Source: a virus (Duplodnaviria > Caudoviricetes). From it: 64,000 nt of DNA. A program made the translations under genes and the position numbers. The stretch covers positions 1-64,000 of IMG/VR virus record IMGVR_UViG_3300028833_000119. One strand, 5' to 3'. The notes under the pieces were generated by a model, which was not told the DNA's origin, did not search any database, and was given only the letters and a program-made list of their open reading frames with translations. Positions 48,090 through 56,679 of the stretch are shown piece by piece. Within the stretch, counting starts at the first letter, position 1; each line of letters opens with the position of its first letter.

Positions 48090-48221
48090 TCACACCTCCT
48101 CAAGCATCCACGCAAGATTCTCGATCTCCGCATTAAGTTCAGCTTTCTTTACCGGGTCGCTCGTCTTGACGAATTTCCGGCACAGTTTTTCGATTTCTTC
48201 CACGATCATTTCAGCACTCAT
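48090..48221 (-). CDS. Small helical hypothetical protein
   Basis: MSAEMIVEEIEKL..., 43 aa, RBS GAGGAGG. Confidence 0.5.
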   Translation of the reverse strand: MSAEMIVEEIEKLCRKFVKTSDPVKKAELNAEIENLAWMLEEV

Positions 48222-48224
48222 GGT

Positions 48225-48695
48225 TCAATCCTCCTCATTCATTTTCTCGATGTCATACCATCTTGCCATATCATCTTCCGTCATGCGCTCCATATGCATC
48301 CGGATAATTTTCGCTTTTAATTTCCGGATTTCCGCTTCAGCTTCACTGATAATTTCCGCATTTCCGTTGACGCAATCCGACATTGCATCACGTTCGTCCG
48401 TAATCTTGATGATCTGCTTGCACAATTTGTCGTTTTCGTCTATTGCTTCTTTCAGATTCTTCTGCGCATCAGCAAGCTGATGCTTCGTTTCGTCATGCAT
48501 ACGGCGCTCCGCACTGAAGCGCTCACGTTCCAGTTCCAAATCATTTACCGGCGAATCTCCGAAATCGTCCGTAATGTTTCTCCGGCATACATCGCAGATT
48601 CCGGCAAAGGTCATGGCAATATAGCTGTCCTTCCCGGCACTCTTAATAAGCGCGTCGATCTTCTCCAACAGCTTCAGTTCTTCCGCTTTAGTCAT
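48225..48695 (-). CDS. Coiled-coil hypothetical protein
   Basis: MTKAEEL...DSYIAMTF...NITDDF. Confidence 0.7.
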   Translation of the reverse strand: MTKAEELKLLEKIDALIKSAGKDSYIAMTFAGICDVCRRNITDDFGDSPVNDLELERERFSAERRMHDETKHQLADAQKNLKEAIDENDKLCKQIIKITDERDAMSDCVNGNAEIISEAEAEIRKLKAKIIRMHMERMTEDDMARWYDIEKMNEED

Positions 48696-48952
48696 AACAA
48701 GTCACTCCTCTCATAGGTTTCACGAATGATCACGTCATCCGCAATTTCCTCAGTTCCGCAATCGAACATCACAAGGTTGCACTCATCACCAACCTGCCAA
48801 TCTTCCGCGCCAGAAAATTCCCACAGGTTGCCGTTACAATCTTCACAGACCACAACATCTGTATTGCGGTCAATCTCCACAATTTTTGTCAGATTCGCGT
48901 ATATATTTCCGGACAGCATCATTGCCAGAATTCCGCAGATAATTTTCCGCAT
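48692..48952 (-). CDS. Hypothetical exported/OB-like protein
   Basis: N-terminal hydrophobic segment; DCNGNLWEF...WQVGD...MFDCGT...DD.I. Confidence 0.65.
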   Translation of the reverse strand: MRKIICGILAMMLSGNIYANLTKIVEIDRNTDVVVCEDCNGNLWEFSGAEDWQVGDECNLVMFDCGTEEIADDVIIRETYERSDLL

Positions 48953-48964
48953 ATGATCACCACC

Positions 48965-49186
48965 TTATGCATATTTCAGCCATTCATTCAGCGCAATCAA
49001 TTCCGCATCCGGCTTGACTTCCGTAATAATCCGAAGATATGTTTTGCTGCGGAGTTTGTCCTGCTTTGCACGTTCACGCCGATTCCGTACACGGTTCTTC
49101 CGATCTCCGAAGAAATCGTCCCACATTTTGTCGTACAAGGATTCCGCTTCCGTCAGCATGGCATGTTTTCCGACATAGATTTCCAT
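48965..49186 (-). CDS. Hypothetical protein
   Basis: RBS GAGG. Confidence 0.55.
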   Translation of the reverse strand: MEIYVGKHAMLTEAESLYDKMWDDFFGDRKNRVRNRRERAKQDKLRSKTYLRIITEVKPDAELIALNEWLKYA

Positions 49187-49338
49187 AGTTAGTTACCTCG
49201 CTTTCGCATATTTTTCCGCCATTTGGCGAATTATGCCGGGGAACTCGCCCCGGCAACACTCGACAAATCACAGATATTCACGGATAATATCGTTTCCGCA
49301 TACAATCACGATGATTCCGAACGCAATCCAGTACAGCA

Positions 49339-49506
49339 TCAGTTCCGCTCCTTTCCGATTAGCTCCGCAGTATACTTCCCGGCAGGAAGCGCACCAATTC
49401 GGATATATTCGCCGATACACTTTTCCGCCATGTCCTTGCGCTTGCACTGAAGCACCTTCACGCAGTCACCATTTTCCGCATAGATTCCGTACAGTTTGAT
49501 AGCCAT
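49339..49506 (-). CDS. Small hypothetical protein
   Basis: MAIKLY start, RBS GAAAGGAAGG. Confidence 0.55.
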   Translation of the reverse strand: MAIKLYGIYAENGDCVKVLQCKRKDMAEKCIGEYIRIGALPAGKYTAELIGKERN

Positions 49507-49671
49507 AGTCTTGACCTTCCTTTCGTGTTTGTTGTATAGTGTAAGGTGGTAGGGAAGTAGAATTTCCAGCATGAAACAACGTTGCTACGCAGTCGGCATT
49601 TCATGGTACTTTTCTGCATTCAAAAAGCACCATCGCATTTTCCGCAATGGTGCTTTGGGTCATGGTTTATA

Positions 49672-49923
49672 TCACAGTCTTTGCATTGCTATTTTCCGCA
49701 ATGAATTCCGCAACTGTTCTGTATCACTCAACTCCTTTTCTTTCTTCTGATGTTCCTTAACTCCGCCTTGTAAATATCCCTCCCTTATCAATTTTTCCGC
49801 AATGGCTTGTATGATAAACGAGTTGCTTGAAATTCCACGTTCAAGTCGTAATATGTCAAGTTTTTCGATAATTTCCGCATCCTTCACATCGACTCGAACC
49901 TCTATGTAATCTTTACCACTCAC
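49672..49923 (-). CDS. Ribbon-helix-helix-like DNA-binding protein
   Basis: IEVRVD...EKLD...GISSNSFIIQAIAEKL. Confidence 0.6.
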   Translation of the reverse strand: MSGKDYIEVRVDVKDAEIIEKLDILRLERGISSNSFIIQAIAEKLIREGYLQGGVKEHQKKEKELSDTEQLRNSLRKIAMQRL

Positions 49924-50104
49924 CCCTTTCAACCTCCTCAATTTCTGCAATAGTCATACTATGCACGTTCATACGTTCAAGTTTTTCTGCAATTGCCTTA
50001 TTCACAAAGGCATTAACAGACTCGTTATGCTCTTTGCAATATCGCTTTAATTCATCCGGAATTCCGCAATCATCCCAGATTTTAACCCTAAAACTCTTTG
50101 GCAA
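49913..50104 (-). CDS. Ribbon-helix-helix (Arc-like) DNA-binding protein
   Basis: FRVKI...ELKRYCKEHNESVNAFVNKAIAEKL. Confidence 0.7.
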   Translation of the reverse strand: MPKSFRVKIWDDCGIPDELKRYCKEHNESVNAFVNKAIAEKLERMNVHSMTIAEIEEVERGEW

Positions 50105-50283
50105 ATTTCACACCTCCTTATGCCAAAGCATAACAAATTCTGCAAAATTCCGCAATGGATTTTCCGCTCCACGCAGGGGAATTCCGCATTAGTGTAGAAT
50201 TCCCCTATGGGGAACGGGCGTGGAATTCTCCACGCTCCAAATTCCGCTATTCAATTTTCCAAGATAGGCTCCAGATTCTGTTA

Positions 50284-50814
50284 TCAAGCAGCCATTTCCT
50301 TCATGGCGATGGCGACCTTCAGCTCGTCCACCTGATCGTCCGTCAGTCCCTTAATCCACTGGTCAACGCTCACGTTCTTGACCTTCTTAACCTCGGACTT
50401 CTTCCCCTTCGGGGAAGCCTTCTTCGCCTTCGGAGCGGTCGGAGCCTTCGGCTCTTTGTAGTAAACCGGACGGCTCGCCTTTTCTTCCCAACCGCCGTTG
50501 AACCAGCTCCGCAGGGTGGCGATGCTCTTGATCTTGTTGACCTTCATATGGTCAACGGTGGAGTAGGTGTCCATGCTGACGATCAGGTTCAGGAACAGAC
50601 CCCAGCGATCTTCGGGAGTCTTGGCGCCACAGCACTTCTCCATGAGGGTCTTGACGGTCGGATGGTTCACAAACTGCGGAGCGAGAATCTCACCCTTGAC
50701 AAGTTTGATCAGACCGTTGTACACCCTGAAGGTGTCGTTGTCCCACATAGCCTTGGTGAATCCGGCGGGACGGGTTGCTTTCTTCGTGGCGTTCGTGTTG
50801 GTGTTGGTATTCAT
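50284..50814 (-). CDS. First early gene; Lys/Ala-rich hypothetical protein
   Basis: RBS AAAGGGG; strongly biased codon usage; PKAPTAPKAKK linker. Confidence 0.7.
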   Translation of the reverse strand: MNTNTNTNATKKATRPAGFTKAMWDNDTFRVYNGLIKLVKGEILAPQFVNHPTVKTLMEKCCGAKTPEDRWGLFLNLIVSMDTYSTVDHMKVNKIKSIATLRSWFNGGWEEKASRPVYYKEPKAPTAPKAKKASPKGKKSEVKKVKNVSVDQWIKGLTDDQVDELKVAIAMKEMAA

Positions 50815-50829
50815 GGTATACCCCTTTCT

Positions 50830-51685
50830 CTGGCATAGTGCCAGCTCTGATTATTATGGGCAATATCGCCCTATCGAACGTCCCCGGCGGGGGCGCTCAA
50901 GAGGACGGACGGTCGCTGTGCAAGGCGACAACGAGCAAACGCAGGTTGTCAGCACGTTGACCGTCAGTTGATCTCTGTGGTTCATGCAAGGGTAGTCACC
51001 GTCACGTCCTTCGGACGGCGGACGGCTTGCCTTCTTCGATGCAGCGATTTGGGCAGACTATCCCCCTCATGGTTCACGGTCGTGGTGGCTTGTCCGGACG
51101 GACTCCATGCTTTTACCTCCTTCTCGTCCTCCATCCCGGTGTCATCCCCACCTTCAGCCTGTACCGCCCTGCATGGCAGTAACTCTCAGATCCCGATCTC
51201 ACCATGCCCTGTCACGGGGAAAGAAGGGCGCAGCAAACACACCTTCCCTCCGGAGCATGGTTACTCCTCGGTGCTGATTCTCGGTCGGTCTATAGTACTC
51301 CCATACTCACATCCAGTTGCAAGCTGAAGGGCGACCGCCCTACACCGAAACCCTGTGCCATTCGTACACTGTCCTACTCTACTTTCGGACTGCCTACTCT
51401 ACTTTCGGCATGGTACTACTCCGGTACATTCCTCCGATGCAGTCATCCTGCTTTCTGGGGCTACTCAACCTCATCCCGAAGGCTATGGTACTGCTGTGCT
51501 GTGAGCAAACAACGAACACACAGTCAGTTGTCAAGGTACAGTCGTTGAGTAAACGGTGACGCTAGGTGGTAGGGAGTATCTGCAACCCTACTCTTGATCC
51601 AACCTAGCAGATCTTGACGGTCTTACACTGAGAGTGGCTTAGAATCACGGTTTCTCTCAGAACCCTTGTGCTCTCGATCCGCCGT
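50830..51685 (-). ncRNA. Candidate large structured ncRNA or 5' leader (~850 nt)
   Basis: No coding-like ORF; many short GC hairpins with cTTCGg/GAAA loops; purine-rich on the minus strand; lies directly downstream of a sigma70-type promoter. Confidence 0.4.
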
Positions 51686-51716
51686 CACTATGCAATGTTC
51701 GTATCCGGTTTGTCAA
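51686..51716 (-). promoter_or_regulatory. Sigma70/sigmaA-type promoter for the leftward early arm
   Basis: TTGACA-aaccggatacgaacattg-CATAGT on the minus strand. Confidence 0.55.
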
Positions 51717-51872
51717 TAGGGAATTTTACAGTTAGGTAAAACTAACTTGATATAAAAAGGCTAAAACATATTGAAAAATCTACAGAAAAAAACTTAAAAT
51801 TTTTTTGAAATTTTTTGAAAGTTAGCCGGTTTTTGGCTTGTGAACAAAAACAGACCAAAGTCTAAAAAAAGG

Positions 51873-51937
51873 CGAACGTTCGGGTCTAGAGGCGAACATT
51901 CGATCAAAAAACAGGCTAAAAAACAGGTGAATGTTCG
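51873..51937. promoter_or_regulatory. Three copies of the palindrome YGAAYRTTCG (putative operator)
   Basis: cgaacgttcg at 51873, cgaacattcg at 51893, tgaatgttcg at 51928. Confidence 0.45.
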
Positions 51938-51989
51938 TGTTTTTTGTACGTACAACTTGATTCGGTACCTAACAATCGAAAAATTAGCC

Positions 51990-52138
51990 TGTGGAAAAGT
52001 TATCCACAGGGAAGAATGACGTAAAATAAGGCGTTTCGTTCATATTGAAACAGTAGTTATCCACAGGAAAAAGGGATCAAAAAAAGTTATCCACACATTT
52101 TCCACAGGTGGTTGTGGATAATATAAAAGTTATCCACA
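51990..52138. promoter_or_regulatory. DnaA-box cluster (putative replication origin)
   Basis: Perfect TTATCCACA at 52000, 52057, 52087, 52113 (reverse) and 52130; one-mismatch boxes at 51990 (reverse) and 52098; AT-rich flanks. Confidence 0.85.
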
Positions 52139-52505
52139 ACACCACAAGATATAGTGGTTCTTTAGCTAACTAAAGCAAAGAAGCAAAAACCCGGAACACA
52201 AGGAAATACAAGCTTTGCAGGGTTTTGACGATACAGAATACACAACTAAATATTGTATTTTATTGTATTTTACGTTTGAACCATACGAAAACACACCCAA
52301 ACCCCCATGCCTATCTTTTCTACAACTCGATTTTAAAACGAGATCACAGCACAGTAGCCGGGATCCTCCGCGAGAAACCATAAACATTTTCGGCAAAAAT
52401 AAAAACAAACCAATGAAAACCTTGCGAGATATGAGTGCTTATCATAAAAGTTTGATACTATTTTGATACCTTCTTGCGGGGCGAGGAAAATAAATTTCCA
52501 CTACA

Positions 52506-52536
52506 GGTAGACAAACAACCTCGAAATGTTCCCATA
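52506..52536 (+). promoter_or_regulatory. Phage-specific promoter motif, copy 3
   Basis: GGTAGACAAACAACCTCGAAATGTTCCCATA upstream of the rep gene. Confidence 0.65.
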
Positions 52537-52746
52537 TATAGTGAGGGGCAGTTCAGCCAGCAACTCGCCCGGTTCGCCAGCGAGGTCCGGCTAACGACAC
52601 TGACGATGTCCGGCCATCTTGGATTTCTCCCTGTGTGGCGAGATGTCCGGTTCGGCTGCGGGGCTATCTAATGATATCTAAACATATATATACATATACC
52701 TATTTATTTATCATTAATACATCGTATCTAAAAGTGAGGTTTTTCA

Positions 52747-54102
52747 ATGGATGAATACGTTGTAATTCAACAAATTATGAACCTTTACTGTTTCGATATG
52801 ACGAGGTATCGGTACATGACTCCTGATGGCGAGTACCACACCGTAAAACTTCCGTATGACGAGACGCTGATCTATGAGCACCTCGAGGGGAAAAAGACAG
52901 TGTGCGTGTATGCGCGTGAACGGAACACTATCTTCCACACGTTCGATGTAGACGAGTCGGATCCTATTAAGGTTCATCTAGTCATAGACAAGCTTGTTGG
53001 GATTGGAATACCTCGCGACAAGGTCTACGTTTCGACTTCCGGAAACAAGGGATATCACATCGACCTGTTTTTTGATGCGCCGGTGTGGAAGTCTGACGTA
53101 GAGGGAGTGTTCAACTATGTTGTGCGTGATCCTGTGATTGCGGCTATCAGGATGGAGTGCAAACCCGGACGGAAAGGCGCGATCAAAATCCCGCTTGGAA
53201 TCAATTTCAAAACAGGGCGCCGCTGCTGGTATGTAGACCGGGAGACACTGGAACCGATCGAGCGGAATGATTATGTATTTGAAATTCAGAAGATGAGCGC
53301 GGCGGACTTTGCGCAGATTGCGTATATCTGCAATAAAGAAAAGAAAAAGGAAGATATTCTGCTTGCGAAAGCAAATCAAAGGAAGCCGCAAAAGCCCAGG
53401 AAGTTTGTTGCGCGAAACGAGCCGACGATCACCGCGCCCGGGCAGCGGCACGACAAGATGCTTCAGAAAGCGGTGTGGCTGCGAGCGGTCGGCGGGGATG
53501 CTGATGATATTTATGAAGAGTTGATCAAATGGATTAATCGTCAGGACACATCGCTGATAGGAAGTTCGTGGAAAGAAATTGATGATGATGCGAGCCGGAT
53601 TGCGCGTGACGTGGCAAGACGGTACGAGGTGAAGGTAAAGCAAAAGAATAATATTGTTCGTCGTACTGATGAGATTGGCAGAAATGATATGGAGGTTATT
53701 CTCGCGGCGCCGACAAAGACAGCTCGTAAGGCTGCTTTTTTAATTTGTGCATATTGCAGGGCGTTTGGTGTATGCAGTATGGGATATGATCGGATGGCGC
53801 AAATTCTTGGCGTTACATACCAGACTGCGTTCAATGCAGTAAAAGCGTTGATTGAATGCGGTGCAATTGAAAAGAAGAAAGTTGGCGGTGTTGCTTATTC
53901 TGATGGCAAGCCTGTATTGGTTGCGAATGAATATGCTTGGATAACAAAACAAAGCGATGGTGGCATAAGGTTTACGATCAGTGAAGTAAGCTCTGATTTT
54001 CCGAGGGTTTATTATCGTGCGCTGTGCGATATATTTGATCAAGATATACTTGAGAAACGATTGACGAGATCTGAACTGGAGGAACTAAAAAAATGGAAAT
54101 GA
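52747..54102 (+). CDS. AEP-superfamily primase-polymerase/replication initiator with PriCT-like and wHTH domains
   Basis: EHLEGKKTVCVY, FDVD (motif I), STSGNKGYHIDLFF (motif II), IKIPLG; PGQRHDKML; C-terminal GYDRMAQILGVTYQTA HTH. Confidence 0.8.
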   Translation: MDEYVVIQQIMNLYCFDMTRYRYMTPDGEYHTVKLPYDETLIYEHLEGKKTVCVYARERNTIFHTFDVDESDPIKVHLVIDKLVGIGIPRDKVYVSTSGNKGYHIDLFFDAPVWKSDVEGVFNYVVRDPVIAAIRMECKPGRKGAIKIPLGINFKTGRRCWYVDRETLEPIERNDYVFEIQKMSAADFAQIAYICNKEKKKEDILLAKANQRKPQKPRKFVARNEPTITAPGQRHDKMLQKAVWLRAVGGDADDIYEELIKWINRQDTSLIGSSWKEIDDDASRIARDVARRYEVKVKQKNNIVRRTDEIGRNDMEVILAAPTKTARKAAFLICAYCRAFGVCSMGYDRMAQILGVTYQTAFNAVKALIECGAIEKKKVGGVAYSDGKPVLVANEYAWITKQSDGGIRFTISEVSSDFPRVYYRALCDIFDQDILEKRLTRSELEELKKWK

Positions 54103-54485
54103 ATTATATCGTTTATAACGGTAATCTATTGTGCGAGCGGGATTGTATAGAAGATGCGATAGGTTTAATGCGTTGTGCTATCAGAAGACTTATGGATTGT
54201 GGGGAAGAATTGCCGTCAAAGGAAGAACTTGAAACGGTTTTAAATTCTGCAATATTATATGAAACAAAGGTTAAAGAAGACAATTATGGCATGAATTATG
54301 AGGATACAACAGACAGGCAGTTTGCATATAAAGCGACAAAAGAATATCTGGATGGCATGATGTGTATTTGGGATGGCGCCGGAGGGGGTTTATATCGTCA
54401 TAATGGTGAATGTACTGACATAAGAAATAAGATGATAGACATGTATGGTACTTTGCATAAATTATGTTGCGAAGAGGAGTTCTGA
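54093..54485 (+). CDS. Hypothetical protein
   Basis: Operon-packed ORF. Confidence 0.6.
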   Translation: MEMNYIVYNGNLLCERDCIEDAIGLMRCAIRRLMDCGEELPSKEELETVLNSAILYETKVKEDNYGMNYEDTTDRQFAYKATKEYLDGMMCIWDGAGGGLYRHNGECTDIRNKMIDMYGTLHKLCCEEEF

Positions 54486-54499
54486 GGAGTGCATGAAGG

Positions 54500-54712
54500 A
54501 TGCTGACGAAATGCGGGATTACGATACCTGACGAAAACGACAAGTATCATGGATATTCTGAAGCTATTGTTATGTTATACAAAGTATGCAGGCAGATTTG
54601 TGTTGTGCTTGACAGGCAGCAGGACGAGATTGACCGGATGAAGAGGTGTTTGAATGGCGCAGAGGATAAGGGTGCTGATGCCAGAGGGGTTCAGGGAGTT
54701 TTACATATATGA
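54500..54712 (+). CDS. Hypothetical protein
   Basis: RBS upstream; coiled-coil tendency. Confidence 0.5.
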   Translation: MLTKCGITIPDENDKYHGYSEAIVMLYKVCRQICVVLDRQQDEIDRMKRCLNGAEDKGADARGVQGVLHI

Positions 54713-54893
54713 TGACAACCGGGTGCTGGCGGCTGATTATATCGGCGGAATATTGGCGGCAGGTGAGGAAGTGATATACCGCAGTCTGGTTTGCGAGATC
54801 ATGAACGATTTTGTGGACTGTGACGGCGATACATATCTGGCGTTGCTCATGAAGGGTGGTCTTGGCAACGTAATAGACTTTAATGTTTTATAA
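54654..54893 (+). CDS. Hypothetical protein
   Basis: RBS AAGAGG. Confidence 0.5.
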   Translation: MAQRIRVLMPEGFREFYIYDDNRVLAADYIGGILAAGEEVIYRSLVCEIMNDFVDCDGDTYLALLMKGGLGNVIDFNVL

Positions 54894-55170
54894 GGAGAAA
54901 AGTATGGAGAAAAAGAAATTTGTGGTGGTAACAGACAAGGGCGTTATGGGTTCAAAGGGAATGAGCGGACGTGACGTCATGGCAGAGCTGCTGTATGCGT
55001 TCCTGCATGTATGGTGTGAAGAGGTTTGCCCTGTCGAAATCGGTAAGGCCGGGAAAGCGGTTGTTGATTTGCTGGACTCGATGTGTGACGAAGACGAGGA
55101 AGAAGATAATGATGAAGACGATCTGCTTGCTGATATCATGAAGATGCTGCTGGAGGATGATGACGAATGA
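54883..55170 (+). CDS. Acidic-tailed hypothetical protein
   Basis: Poly-D/E tail. Confidence 0.6.
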   Translation: MFYKEKSMEKKKFVVVTDKGVMGSKGMSGRDVMAELLYAFLHVWCEEVCPVEIGKAGKAVVDLLDSMCDEDEEEDNDEDDLLADIMKMLLEDDDE

Positions 55171-55502
55171 ATGCGAAGGAATTGAAAGAGAAGATCAGTG
55201 AACAGCAGTTCAAGCTGAAGAAAGCGACGACGAGCGGGATGATGGTTGCGCAGGAGACAGACCGTTTGCGGAATATCCTGGTAAACAGCCTGGACGACAT
55301 TCTTGAGGCGCTTGATATGGCGATTTCTGCGGAGGACAGGATTGAATGCCTGACTGTGGAGATCGAATCTGCGGACGCGGAGCTGCAGGAGAAGGACGAC
55401 GAGATCAAGGCGCTGAAGGAAGAACTGGAAAAACCGAACGGTAAGAAGGTTGCCGGGAAACGTGCGAAACTCCCGGTAGTTGACGAATCCAGTGTCGAAT
55501 AA
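55167..55502 (+). CDS. Coiled-coil hypothetical protein
   Basis: Heptad pattern; 4-nt overlap with the preceding gene. Confidence 0.65.
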   Translation: MNAKELKEKISEQQFKLKKATTSGMMVAQETDRLRNILVNSLDDILEALDMAISAEDRIECLTVEIESADAELQEKDDEIKALKEELEKPNGKKVAGKRAKLPVVDESSVE

Positions 55503-55524
55503 AGTTTACAGTGAACTTTCATAC

Positions 55525-55908
55525 ATGCCGCTGAGTGAGGAAAGAGTCGTCCAGAAACTCATTCGCGACAGGTCGGTATAGGACCAATCTTTCTGGCCCA
55601 TGTTTGATCCGTCCGGTATATTGAGCACGGACGGCGTGTTTGCGCTGAACGAGGACGTACTGTGTATTTATGCGGACCTTGATTCGCTGATTGAGCGAGC
55701 GGGATTAAGTGAGCAGGAGCGCCTGACAGTGGACCTGCTGATGCAGGGATACACGCTTCCGGACATTGCTGACCATTACGGGAAGTCAAGGCAGAACTTC
55801 GAGCTTTTTCTGAAGAAGGCTTGCAAGAAGATTGTAAAGCGCAACAATGCCGACTGGGAAGAATGCACGGGTGCGCGGATCGACGACGGCGAGTGGGAGA
55901 GTGAATAA
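55525..55908 (+). CDS. Sigma region-4-like HTH protein with in-frame TAG at 55579-55581
   Basis: MPLSEERVVQKLIRDRSV*DQSFWPMFD...; AGLSEQERLTVDLLMQGYTLPDIADHYG HTH. Confidence 0.65.
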
Positions 55909-55911
55909 TAT

Positions 55912-56073
55912 ATGTGGTTAACAATACTTGCGGCGAGCAGCTGGTGTCTGTTTGCGTATATGGTACCGGTTGTCTGTGCGATTGTGTGGATACGCAGGCG
56001 CCGTGACAAGACTGAAATAATCCAGGAAGGGGACTGGATGTCGGATGACGGCATGCCGGTGGATGAAGAATGA
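55912..56073 (+). CDS. Small membrane protein
   Basis: MWLTILAASSWCLFAYMVPVVCAIVW followed by RRRR. Confidence 0.6.
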   Translation: MWLTILAASSWCLFAYMVPVVCAIVWIRRRRDKTEIIQEGDWMSDDGMPVDEE

Positions 56074-56339
56074 CGAGTTATGAGTTTGAAGTTGCGGCGA
56101 AGAATGCCGTGATTGAAATGCTGGCGAAGCGCGGGATTGACGCGAAGATTGAAGACTTGCAGCTGACGTGGTTTACACATTTGCTTGGAAACAAGAAGTG
56201 TATGATCTGGGGAGAGCCGATGGCGAATCTATATGCGGAGATCACGTATGCGCGTGACAGCCAGATAACGTATTGTGATCTTTACCAGAAGCTGGATCAT
56301 ATGGATCTGCACGATTGGGAACTGGATTTTGAAGCGTGA
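56070..56339 (+). CDS. Conserved phage hypothetical protein
   Basis: WFTHLLGNKKC...YAEITY...YCDLYQK. Confidence 0.7.
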   Translation: MTSYEFEVAAKNAVIEMLAKRGIDAKIEDLQLTWFTHLLGNKKCMIWGEPMANLYAEITYARDSQITYCDLYQKLDHMDLHDWELDFEA

Positions 56340-56340
56340 T

Positions 56341-56607
56341 ATATATGGGGTAGGCAAGAACAGGGAGGTCTGGGCGTGTGTAGGCGAGCGCGTAGCTGAA
56401 GCGGCAGACTGATAAATGCCAAGAAGAAAATACAGCCCGTACGTCAGAACACATCGGGGCCAACCCGACGGGATTCGGAGGACGCAAGTGCCGAAGATAA
56501 ACCTGACACAAGGCGTTTTGACATCTGACAGGGATGCGTGTGATTAAGTGGCGGTGGAGAAAGATCGGTACGATAAAGCGCCGGCGCGACTGCACACCCC
56601 CATATCT
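56341..56607 (+). ncRNA. Candidate ~265 nt structured ncRNA
   Basis: Intergenic; atatgggg (56343-50) pairs with ccccatat (56598-605); gtgtgtag pairs with ctgcacac; GC-rich interior. Confidence 0.5.
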
Positions 56608-56679
56608 TTCAAAAAACCTGACAAGCACGAGGAGGTTAAGGCTACTGCACCAGGCAGCTTTTTCAGTCGTGCGTATCGA

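Noticed and set aside
3000-50800. Numerous plus-strand ORFs in the track (e.g. 3631-4317, 14109-14840, 25738-26547, 39021-39797, 47460-48320)
   Set aside because: Antisense shadows of well-supported minus-strand genes, with no RBS or motifs.
51141-51155. 15-nt match to 16S rRNA (GAAGGTGGGGATGAC) on the minus strand
   Set aside because: Isolated short match with no flanking rRNA similarity; probably chance.
51873-51937. LexA/SOS (Cheo) boxes
   Set aside because: The Gram-positive SOS box is GAAC-N4-GTTC; these palindromes lack the 4-nt spacer.
56341-56607. tmRNA
   Set aside because: No G3:U70 pair, no proper T arm or CCA, and the putative tag frame does not end in an Ala-Ala-type degron.
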